Assembly (NCBI GenBank): GCA_041659585.1 | Contig: JBAZXY010000001.1 | Location: 1 to 53,408 of the forward strand | Length of the DNA stretch: 53,408 bases | From: Parcubacteria group bacterium | GTDB lineage: Bacteria > Patescibacteriota > Minisyncoccia > Moranbacterales > UBA2206 | Direction: 5' to 3' | Shown: piece after piece, positions 25,973 through 33,983 of the stretch | Position numbering within the stretch: position 1 is the first letter of the stretch | How the letters are laid out: every line of letters starts with the position of its first letter | Made by a program: the position numbers and the translations under genes | The notes under the pieces: generated by a model | What the model saw: only the letters and a program-made list of their open reading frames with translations | Told to the model about the DNA's origin: nothing | Database searches by the model: none

Positions 25973-26872
25973 ATGAAAGAAGAAACAATCGCCACTGATG
26001 CCAGCGTAGAGGCACCAACAGAAGAAACCAATCCAGTAGTCGATGAAGTCGTTACTCCCGCGTCAGAGGAGAGCGTCGATGAAGACCTTAGTGAGTATGG
26101 AGTTCCTCCTATGCCTACTGAGGAAGAAGAAAAGACTGAGGAGCCAAAGCTGGAAACACCACCGGCAGTAAATGGTGAGGACAAACAGGAGGAAGAGGTG
26201 GTTTTGCCGCCGATTACTCAACCCGAAGCCAGGACAACCCGCCTAGAAAAACGGATAGCCAAAATCTATATTCGCAATTTGCGTTTATCGGGTGAGGATG
26301 AGGACAAAATCCCTTCCGAAGAAGCAATCTTTGCTGAACTCAAACAATATTCTATTCCAGAAAAAGCTCAATCCCTTAAAATGCATCTCAGACAAGGAAA
26401 CGAAATGATGGGAAAGCCTTCCACCGGCAATGTTATGGATGAGGAAGATATGGAGGCTATCAGAGACGCTGAGAGAGAATCTATCAGGCAGGAGATTATC
26501 ACTGAACAGCACGAAGTCAAATATAAGGAGGATTTTGTGGCGTTTATGGATAGTCACCCGGAATTGGACGCTTCCAAAAAGGAGCATAACCCGAAACTGG
26601 AAAAAGCAGTGGCGGCACTCCTCAGTGGGGGCATGCCTATCGCTGAAGCCTATGAGACTGTCTCAGAACTGACCACAGGCGTGAAAGTAGATGAGCACAA
26701 AGAAGCTGAACTCAACAAGCAAAAACTCCTCGGTGGATTAGTATCGGCCACTAACGATGTTTCAAAGGGAGCGAAGAACATGACATGGGAAGAATTCGAC
26801 AAATTAAGAACATCGGACCCTGACAAATACGAAAAATTGCTTGATTCAGGGTATCAGCCAAGCGACGACTAA
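25973..26872 (+). CDS. Scaffolding-like acidic protein
   Basis: Highly acidic, helical and low-complexity. Lies between portal and capsid. Confidence 0.45.
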   Translation: MKEETIATDASVEAPTEETNPVVDEVVTPASEESVDEDLSEYGVPPMPTEEEEKTEEPKLETPPAVNGEDKQEEEVVLPPITQPEARTTRLEKRIAKIYIRNLRLSGEDEDKIPSEEAIFAELKQYSIPEKAQSLKMHLRQGNEMMGKPSTGNVMDEEDMEAIRDAERESIRQEIITEQHEVKYKEDFVAFMDSHPELDASKKEHNPKLEKAVAALLSGGMPIAEAYETVSELTTGVKVDEHKEAELNKQKLLGGLVSATNDVSKGAKNMTWEEFDKLRTSDPDKYEKLLDSGYQPSDD

Positions 26873-26891
26873 TTAATTTTAAAAAATCAAA

Positions 26892-28052
26892 ATGAAAACA
26901 TACGGAACAGTAGTAACTGGCATAAAGTACATGGCGACAGTTCTTGGACTGACTCGCAAAAAAGCTTTTGTCGGTAAATTGACCAATCGGGATTTTTACA
27001 CCCCAGGGGATGAAGATCCAAAAAGCACCAAATCAATCAAGAACAAAGGACAGAAATTCACCATCACCTCTCTGCATTCCAATGGATGGAGCTCTTACAC
27101 CGGATCTAATTTGAGTTTTACAGATGTGAAAGAAGTAGTTTCCACTCTAACGATTGGAACTTATAAAGCGTTGCAGGATAAAATTGCAAGTTTGGCAGTG
27201 TTCACCTCCGCAGTCAGCGACCCGAAATCTTCTATCATGACAAGCGCTGGCGGAAAGTTGATCGCTATCCTAGACAAAGCCATGTTGGCAATGTATGCCG
27301 ATGCTGGTGCTGGTAACTGGGTAGGAACAAGTTTCACTACTGGAACTTGTACGGTTGATGTTACAACTGGTGTTGTCACCCATTCTGCTACGGGATTTTT
27401 AGCCGCTATGGTTGGAAAGCCTTTCAAGGCTGTTGGTCATTCTAAATGGTATCGCGTGAAAACTTTCATCGATACATCTCACCTTATTATCGAAAATGAT
27501 GAAGATGATCAAGACAGTTCTTACGACGGAGGTGCTATCGCTGGTGGTACAGCTTTTGAAATCCAAGCTGCTGCAGTGCTAGCTGTGACCAAGACTAATA
27601 TCGCTGCGACATTGTCTTTGGCTGCTTCTCTTTTTGATGAGGCTCATGGTGATCATGACGAATTGACTGTGCCAGAGGAAGGACGCTTTGTTATCCTGCC
27701 TGCTTGCGCTAAGAATGCACTTCGCCAAGCTGCTGAATTCAACAAAGACCTGGACATTTCTTTCAACGACACAATCGTGAAGGGAAAAGTTGGTTCTGCT
27801 TATGGTTTGGAGGTATATATCGCTCCAACTGCATGGTTCCAAGGAAACAACACATCTGGAATCTATGCTATTACCGGTCACAAAGATTGGTTAACTGCAG
27901 GATATGGATTTATCGAGCCAATCAATGTTATCCCATCTGCTGAAAATCAAACCAATTTCGGAGACATGATCAAAGGTTTGTTCGGTTATGGATTTAAGGT
28001 GGCTGACGACAGACGTATGAATGGTGGAGTTATCTTCGCAACATTCAACTAG
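26892..28052 (+). CDS. Major capsid protein (putative)
   Basis: 386 aa, position after the scaffold, strong RBS context. No motif verified. Confidence 0.5.
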   Translation: MKTYGTVVTGIKYMATVLGLTRKKAFVGKLTNRDFYTPGDEDPKSTKSIKNKGQKFTITSLHSNGWSSYTGSNLSFTDVKEVVSTLTIGTYKALQDKIASLAVFTSAVSDPKSSIMTSAGGKLIAILDKAMLAMYADAGAGNWVGTSFTTGTCTVDVTTGVVTHSATGFLAAMVGKPFKAVGHSKWYRVKTFIDTSHLIIENDEDDQDSSYDGGAIAGGTAFEIQAAAVLAVTKTNIAATLSLAASLFDEAHGDHDELTVPEEGRFVILPACAKNALRQAAEFNKDLDISFNDTIVKGKVGSAYGLEVYIAPTAWFQGNNTSGIYAITGHKDWLTAGYGFIEPINVIPSAENQTNFGDMIKGLFGYGFKVADDRRMNGGVIFATFN

Positions 28053-28131
28053 AGATTCTGACAATTGAATATTTATGTGCTGGAGGGATTGGTTCTCTCT
28101 AGCCACAAGTAATTAATTTAAACAAAAAAAT

Positions 28132-28437
28132 ATGAATGAAGCATCAAAAAAAGTGCTAGATGAGATTCTAGCAAAAGGAGCAGGCACATTAAATGAATAT
28201 GAGGTGTCAATTCTTCGCGCTCGAAGATCTTATCTTACTGCAGAGCAAGAGGAAAAATTTGCTGATGTCTTGAAGGTGGAGGAAGAAATCGTCCCCCTTG
28301 ATGAAATGAAATTTACGGAGCTTAAGGAACTGTGCGCTCAAAGAAAAATTGACGTTCCAACGACCGTAAAGTCAAAAGATGCTATCCTCGCGCTTATCGC
28401 GGAAGCAGAAAAAGCAGCTGATCAACTAGAAAAATAA
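28132..28437 (+). CDS. Small virion-associated protein with a C-terminal HeH/SAP-like motif
   Basis: MKFTELKELCAQRKIDVPTTVKSKDAILALIAE. Confidence 0.4.
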   Translation: MNEASKKVLDEILAKGAGTLNEYEVSILRARRSYLTAEQEEKFADVLKVEEEIVPLDEMKFTELKELCAQRKIDVPTTVKSKDAILALIAEAEKAADQLEK

Positions 28438-28441
28438 ACTC

Positions 28442-29077
28442 ATGCAAAAAGAACTCAACCAGGCATATTTGAAACAAAAGCATCAGTCTGATGATCAGGA
28501 CGATTTCATCGGACGGCTTTTGTTTCAGTTGGTTGAGAATTCGAAAAAAAACGAGGAAAATCCCCAAGATATGGCAAAGGCGCTGGGGGATATCGAAACC
28601 GTCACTATCAAGGGCGCTCCTGGAGAGCCTGGTCAACCCGGCTACACTCCGCAAAAAGGAAAGGACTATTTTGACGGAAAAACTCCGCAGAAGTATGTGG
28701 ACTATTTCACCCAGGAAGAAGTGGAGTCGATTATCAAAGTCATTCAGGAAGCGATTGAGATTCCAAGGAATGGAGAAAACGGATTCTCTCCCCAAGCCGG
28801 GATTGATTATCCCACACATGAGCAGGTGGAACACTTTGTGAAAAACAACATGGCCATGCTCCCAACACCCAAGGATGGAAAAACACCCAAGCACGAATGG
28901 AATAAGGATGGAGTGCAGGTGCGCTTTGAAAATTCTGATGGAACTTGGGGGGCGTGGAGCGGAATTTTGAAGGGAGCAAGTGGCAAGGCAATTTATAGTG
29001 GAGGAGGACGGCAGGATTTATCAGATTATGCAATTAAGTTAGATGCAATAGCTTATTCAATCGCTTTAGGATTTTAA
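28442..29077 (+). CDS. Structural protein with a short collagen-like G-X-Y stretch
   Basis: GAPGEPGQPGYTPQKGKD. Confidence 0.4.
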   Translation: MQKELNQAYLKQKHQSDDQDDFIGRLLFQLVENSKKNEENPQDMAKALGDIETVTIKGAPGEPGQPGYTPQKGKDYFDGKTPQKYVDYFTQEEVESIIKVIQEAIEIPRNGENGFSPQAGIDYPTHEQVEHFVKNNMAMLPTPKDGKTPKHEWNKDGVQVRFENSDGTWGAWSGILKGASGKAIYSGGGRQDLSDYAIKLDAIAYSIALGF

Positions 29078-29087
29078 TAAAAAACAT

Positions 29088-31268
29088 ATGAAAATACGCA
29101 TTTCCAATTACATTTTTGATGCCTCAGCCAAAACCATAACCTTTTTGGATTATTCCACTATTTCTTTGGAGGCAGTTTTGTTGATTACCAATGTCACTAA
29201 AAATACTATCATCTATAATTTTGCCGACGAGACTAAGGGCGGGGCAGTAGAAGGAAATATTTTATATCTAGCATACAGCACTTTAGCGATGGAGGACGCA
29301 GATAAGCTGCTTATTTTTTATGACGACGAGCAGGGGAGGCAGATTGTGGGGAATGCCAGACAAAAATTCAGAGATGGTTTTGCTTCCTCCGGAGCGCAAC
29401 CTGACCCAACTGCTTGGGAACTGAATAATTCCGATCATATCGTTAACGCCGGGGGAGACGCCGGGTCATCTTCCTATTTGCGCCTATCTCTCAGTCCACT
29501 GGTATCAGATTCAGAAATATCTATTTTAAGCAAAGAAAAATTCAAGTTTCCTTTCCGTTTTGGGGCTGGAATATCCATCTCACAAAGAATTTTAGGCCAA
29601 GAAGTGGGAGTGGAAATGGTCAGAGTAGATTCCAATGGAGACGTGGAATCGTCTACAGTCATTGTAGATAAGTCCATAACCGGGGCGACCATTTCCATTA
29701 CTACCAATGTCGGAACAGTCACCTTGGACAATCATGGATTGAAAGGCGGAGATAGGATTTCTCTGTATGGATGCCCTGATTCCAGATTGAATGTCGGACC
29801 GGTGATTGTCACTATTTTGACCACGGATACTTTTACCGTGCCGATAACATTGGCTAACGGATCATATAACAGCGACGGAGGATCTATTGAAATTACTGAC
29901 CCATTCAACTATGCCAAGAATGCCGCTAGCTATCTGTTTGAGAATGCAACCGCTACCAACGCCAGTTTTGCCACGAGAAGAAGTGGCGCCAGCGCAAGAC
30001 TGGTGAATGTGACTGTGGGCACCACTTTGGCCACACAGGCCAATACTTCGCCATATTCTGATGCTTTCCTTGCTCCAAGCAACCAAGAACTGTATGCCAC
30101 GCTGGACGAGATTAATTATCGCTCCTTTGCCTCTGACGGAGTAGCCACTATGAGCGGGGCCGGAAAAAGAACCCAGGGAGTCCCGGATGAAGACGGGGAA
30201 TATAAGATTAGAATCAGAGCTAAAAATATCAAAGGGCTTTCTCGTCCGATTGCGCGCATTGTTTCCATTGTCAAAACTGGGACCACCACCGCCACTGTCA
30301 CCACAGATGTGCCTCATGGGCTGACAACCGCGGATTATGTTCAGATTTACGGCGTGAGAGATATCACTAATTTCCCCAATCTGACCGCGCAGACTGTAGT
30401 GGGAAGTGTTCCGACTGACACCACCTTCACGATTATCATCGGGTCGGCTACTTCAACTTCTAGCGCCGGCGGATGTGTGTATAACATCCGAGGTTCAGTC
30501 TTGGCCCCAGGAGCCTTTGCGCAAAATGTGCAGAGCATATCGAGAACAAACAATATCCTTTCAGTGATTGGCAACACCACCTGGGCTACACCTCTTCCAG
30601 GCGAATTCGTGCATCTCTATGGCATGGACGGAGATGCTAGCGTTTATGATGGCGCTTACAAAGTTTTGCGGGTTAGCACCAGTACCTTGGAATTGGAAAG
30701 TGTCGGAGAGGATTTCGCTTCCATAAACTGCGGCGGAGCCTTGATTCGCAGGACGGACGTGCGTATCCATTTCGTGCGGGTGTTGGATTATACCAGATTG
30801 GTAGCTGAGATTGTCGGAGGACGGGGAAACACAACCGATATCAACAATGCAGTGCCGGTGGCGCTTGTTGGCGGGGCTACTTTGGCCACTACTTTGGCTT
30901 CAACTACATTGACACCATCCACTACGGTGGGTGCAGCCACACATCATCACAGGCTGTCCAGCGCTGATACCAATCTGGTCAATGTTAAGAATGCAGCCGG
31001 ATCTATTAGTGAAATGGTTCTTAGTAATAATGGAGCTAGCGCGGCATTTTTCAAATTATACAACAAGGCATCTGCACCGGTTCTCGCTAGCGATACGCCG
31101 ATACGAACGATTATGATTCCACCAAATAGCACAGTAGTTTGCGCCAATACTGCTTATAATGTTCGTTTAGCTACCGGAATTTCCTTTGCAATTACTGGAG
31201 ATGTTCCGATAGCGGATACGACAGTAGTAGCTGCCAATCAGGTGATGGTGAACATTTTATACACATAG
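29088..31268 (+). CDS. Large tail/fibre-like structural protein with three internal repeats
   Basis: 726 aa. The motif HGL..(G/A)D...(I/L)YG... recurs three times: DNHGLKGGDRISLYG, PHGLTTADYVQIYG, GEFVHLYGMDGD. Confidence 0.4.
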   Translation: MKIRISNYIFDASAKTITFLDYSTISLEAVLLITNVTKNTIIYNFADETKGGAVEGNILYLAYSTLAMEDADKLLIFYDDEQGRQIVGNARQKFRDGFASSGAQPDPTAWELNNSDHIVNAGGDAGSSSYLRLSLSPLVSDSEISILSKEKFKFPFRFGAGISISQRILGQEVGVEMVRVDSNGDVESSTVIVDKSITGATISITTNVGTVTLDNHGLKGGDRISLYGCPDSRLNVGPVIVTILTTDTFTVPITLANGSYNSDGGSIEITDPFNYAKNAASYLFENATATNASFATRRSGASARLVNVTVGTTLATQANTSPYSDAFLAPSNQELYATLDEINYRSFASDGVATMSGAGKRTQGVPDEDGEYKIRIRAKNIKGLSRPIARIVSIVKTGTTTATVTTDVPHGLTTADYVQIYGVRDITNFPNLTAQTVVGSVPTDTTFTIIIGSATSTSSAGGCVYNIRGSVLAPGAFAQNVQSISRTNNILSVIGNTTWATPLPGEFVHLYGMDGDASVYDGAYKVLRVSTSTLELESVGEDFASINCGGALIRRTDVRIHFVRVLDYTRLVAEIVGGRGNTTDINNAVPVALVGGATLATTLASTTLTPSTTVGAATHHHRLSSADTNLVNVKNAAGSISEMVLSNNGASAAFFKLYNKASAPVLASDTPIRTIMIPPNSTVVCANTAYNVRLATGISFAITGDVPIADTTVVAANQVMVNILYT

Positions 31269-31286
31269 ATTTGTCTTTCGCTAAAA

Positions 31287-31308
31287 ATCCCCGGATTGCT
31301 CCGGGGAT
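31287..31308 (-). terminator. Terminator of the antisense cassette
   Basis: 9-bp stem ATCCCCGGA / TCCGGGGAT. The T-run is on the minus strand only. Confidence 0.6.
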
Positions 31309-31348
31309 CGTAGGGGAAGGTAAATGGGAGGTTCTTTGAAAAATTTAA

Positions 31349-31921
31349 TTAAAAAATAACATGAGAATACGCAGTTAACAAGGTGCTTAATATTTTGTTA
31401 CTAGATACGGTTATTTGAATAATAATGAAAATAAAAATGACCATTATGGCTATTGATGATATTTCTCCAATAGTTTCATGCTCTTTTGTTACTACAAAAA
31501 ACATTGAGATTGCATAAAGTATCAAGGCTGTAAACCAAACTACAAGGGAATACTCTAATTCCATTGAATATTGATATGTAGAAAGTCCATATGATTTAGC
31601 TTCATCTAGCTCAGATTTTAGATCATTATTTTCGATTTTTAATGTGTCTAATTGAGACTGTAGGGATGATGAAAATGCTTTGTAATCCGTAGTGTCTTTA
31701 ATTGGCTTGGGAATAATAGTTTTCATTGGAGCAGGCGGAATATACTGGCAACCGCAACTCGGGCTATCCGTACCATCGCAACATGATTGACTCCCCGTAG
31801 AAGTATTGCAACCGCAAACACCTCCATGCCATGAACAGCAACCGGAACCAGCTAGGGAAAATGAAGGCCAATAAATTATGAGAAATGCAAAAAGCGTTAC
31901 GAGTAATTTCTGGGTTTTCAT
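31349..31921 (-). CDS. Secreted/membrane-anchored Cys-rich protein (signal peptide, Cys cluster, coiled coil, 2 C-terminal TMs)
   Basis: SP ...SFSLAGS, then GCCSWHGGVCGCNTSTGSQSCCDGTDSPSCGC, a Pro-rich linker, heptad region and hydrophobic tail. Confidence 0.6.
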   Translation of the reverse strand: MKTQKLLVTLFAFLIIYWPSFSLAGSGCCSWHGGVCGCNTSTGSQSCCDGTDSPSCGCQYIPPAPMKTIIPKPIKDTTDYKAFSSSLQSQLDTLKIENNDLKSELDEAKSYGLSTYQYSMELEYSLVVWFTALILYAISMFFVVTKEHETIGEISSIAIMVIFIFIIIQITVSSNKILSTLLTAYSHVIF

Positions 31922-31940
31922 AAGAAGTTAAACTTTATGA

Positions 31941-32126
31941 TTAAGATTTTTTAAAAACGAATTTTCGAACAAATGTATAGGAAAGATAGATAAAAAATAA
32001 GGTTAACGCGAAATAGAAGAGCTGCGCCACAACAAATCCCCAGTTGATTTGATTGGGAGTAAAAAAAGCCCAAATCAAAAATAAGGAGAAAAGTGAAAAA
32101 ATTAAAGTTTTAACAAATATATTCAT
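31941..32126 (-). CDS. Small 2-TM membrane protein
   Basis: 61 aa, Phe/Leu-rich. First gene after the minus-strand consensus promoter. Confidence 0.5.
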   Translation of the reverse strand: MNIFVKTLIFSLFSLFLIWAFFTPNQINWGFVVAQLFYFALTLFFIYLSYTFVRKFVFKKS

Positions 32127-32145
32127 AACAATAAAGTAACACTAA

Positions 32146-32174
32146 ATTATATATTAATCAAATTAATTTGTCAA
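32146..32174 (-). promoter_or_regulatory. Perfect consensus promoter on the minus strand (TTGACA-17 nt-TATAAT) driving the antisense cassette
   Basis: Minus-strand TTGACA is at 32174-32169 and TATAAT at 32151-32146. Confidence 0.65.
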
Positions 32175-32212
32175 CAGTATTGCCAAGAGTAATACAACGA
32201 CACGGTAAAAAA

Positions 32213-33454
32213 ATGGCACTAATACCAAAAGCAAGCAACATAGTAACCAAGGGAATAAATGAGGCCTACGGAATTTTGGCTACCGGTTTCACGAAACCAT
32301 CCCAAAAAGGTAGTAACACATCAGCCCTTGGGGCGATGTATGACAAGTTTAAAAGTGACTTAGCTAAGGGCAAAGAAAATGTTGGTGGTTTTTATGACAA
32401 TAACATAAAAGTCCAAAATGCCTCCGCCTCCGAAGGCGACAACTCCTATGACAACCGCAACGCCAGCACTGACGAAGAAACGCAGCAATTACAGAAAAAT
32501 GGACCTGCCAGCCTTTACGCCAAAGCAAAGAATGGCGGAAGCGGATCATCTTCCAATGATTCCAGGATTATTGGTTCTATTGGAAAAGGCTGGGATGAGG
32601 CTGGTGGAGTAATTGGCGACACTAAGAAATCACTCAACAGCTCTCAAAACTACATCAATAACCTTGGAAAAGTGCGCGACCAATATCTAACCTCCATTGA
32701 TAACTACAAGAAAAATACAGATTCCGCTATTGCCGGAAACAAAACTTTGATTGAACAAAACCAAAAGAAAGATTTAGATAGCTTAGCCAAAGACACCCGA
32801 AAAAGCATGGACAACACCAACGTCATGTTAGGAGTGAAAGGCGCCAGCGGCGGAAGCGCTTCCAGAATGGCTGCGCGCGCTATTTCTGAAAGTGCCGGAA
32901 GGGAAAGAGCGAGCAGACTCACAGAACGCGGAGACCAAATGTCATCACAAAATCAAGCTGCACAAAATGCCCTAGACGACTACAACACCAAGAGAGGACA
33001 GGCCTATGAATGGGAAAAGACGGCCAGAGAGCAGGCCATGGAAGAATATACAGCACAGAAGAAAGCCTTGGACAGATTGAACAACAAAAAATCCGGCTGG
33101 AAAGAAGCTGATATCGCAGCGCTTAGCGACAAGAATCTAAATAGCTTCATGGGCAGTATCAATGCCATCCAACAGCAAGCAAAAGCTTTCAGAGACAATC
33201 TTTCTGCCAAGATGTCAGAATATGGCGGATTGGCTGATGCTTTGGACACTGCAGCTGTAGGAGTGGACGCACCAGCAGAACTGGACACGCCACAATTCGA
33301 TGAGACTATCGATATCACGGATCCAAACAATGCGGAGGATTGGTACAACCCTGACAAATCAGGAAAAATTACCAAGAAATTCAAGGGATATGACGCTATG
33401 GGAAATCCAATCTATGAGGATGAAGCACCTGCTGAAACAGTTGTAACTGCTTAA
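32213..33454 (+). CDS. Virion internal/structural protein (coiled-coil, Gln/Asn/Ala-rich)
   Basis: ATG at 32213 is preferred over the track's TTG at 32168, which lies inside the antisense promoter. Confidence 0.45.
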   Translation: MALIPKASNIVTKGINEAYGILATGFTKPSQKGSNTSALGAMYDKFKSDLAKGKENVGGFYDNNIKVQNASASEGDNSYDNRNASTDEETQQLQKNGPASLYAKAKNGGSGSSSNDSRIIGSIGKGWDEAGGVIGDTKKSLNSSQNYINNLGKVRDQYLTSIDNYKKNTDSAIAGNKTLIEQNQKKDLDSLAKDTRKSMDNTNVMLGVKGASGGSASRMAARAISESAGRERASRLTERGDQMSSQNQAAQNALDDYNTKRGQAYEWEKTAREQAMEEYTAQKKALDRLNNKKSGWKEADIAALSDKNLNSFMGSINAIQQQAKAFRDNLSAKMSEYGGLADALDTAAVGVDAPAELDTPQFDETIDITDPNNAEDWYNPDKSGKITKKFKGYDAMGNPIYEDEAPAETVVTA

Positions 33455-33534
33455 TTAAAATCTAAATAATTAACTTGCGCCCCCTGTTTCTTGCCTTTCT
33501 CGCAAGTTGGGCAAGGAGTAGGGGGGAAAATAAT

Positions 33535-33981
33535 ATGTCAAAAGGAATGTTTGGAAAGCATCACTCCGAGGAAACCAAAATAAAAATGAGTTTGTCGCAA
33601 AAAGGAAGAAAATTAACCGAGGAAACCAAAAGGAAAATAAGCGAAGCGCATAAGGGTAAAACAGCTTGGAATAAAGGGAAAATCGGATGCTACAAACTCA
33701 GTGAAGAAACTAAAAATAAAATAAGAAAAAATAGCATAACAGGAAGCAAAAATCATTTATGGAAGGGTGACCATGTTGGATACGATGCATTGCATGACTG
33801 GATTAGAAGAATAAAGGGGAAAGCAAAAAAGTGCGAACATTGTGGAAATACTAGCGCCAAAAGATACGAGTGGTCAAATATAGATCATAAATATCGAAGA
33901 AATGTAGATGACTTTATAGAATTATGCGTTAATTGCCACAGAAAATATCATAAGGCTAATAATTTAACAAAAAGAAATTAA
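33535..33981 (+). CDS. HNH homing endonuclease with NUMOD3-like repeats
   Basis: Repeats HSEETKIKMS, LTEETKRKISEAHKG and LSEETKNKIRKN. C-terminal part is CEHCG...HKYRRNVDDFIELCVNCHRKYH. ATG at 33535 preferred. Confidence 0.7.
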   Translation: MSKGMFGKHHSEETKIKMSLSQKGRKLTEETKRKISEAHKGKTAWNKGKIGCYKLSEETKNKIRKNSITGSKNHLWKGDHVGYDALHDWIRRIKGKAKKCEHCGNTSAKRYEWSNIDHKYRRNVDDFIELCVNCHRKYHKANNLTKRN

Positions 33982-33983
33982 TT

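Noticed and set aside
28491-28841. 116-aa ORF overlapping the collagen-like protein gene in another frame (possible programmed frameshift product). The same applies to 14799-15032, 18241-18453 and 19813-20004.
   Set aside because: There is no slippery site or independent RBS, and the sequences are basic and low-complexity as expected of off-frame translation.
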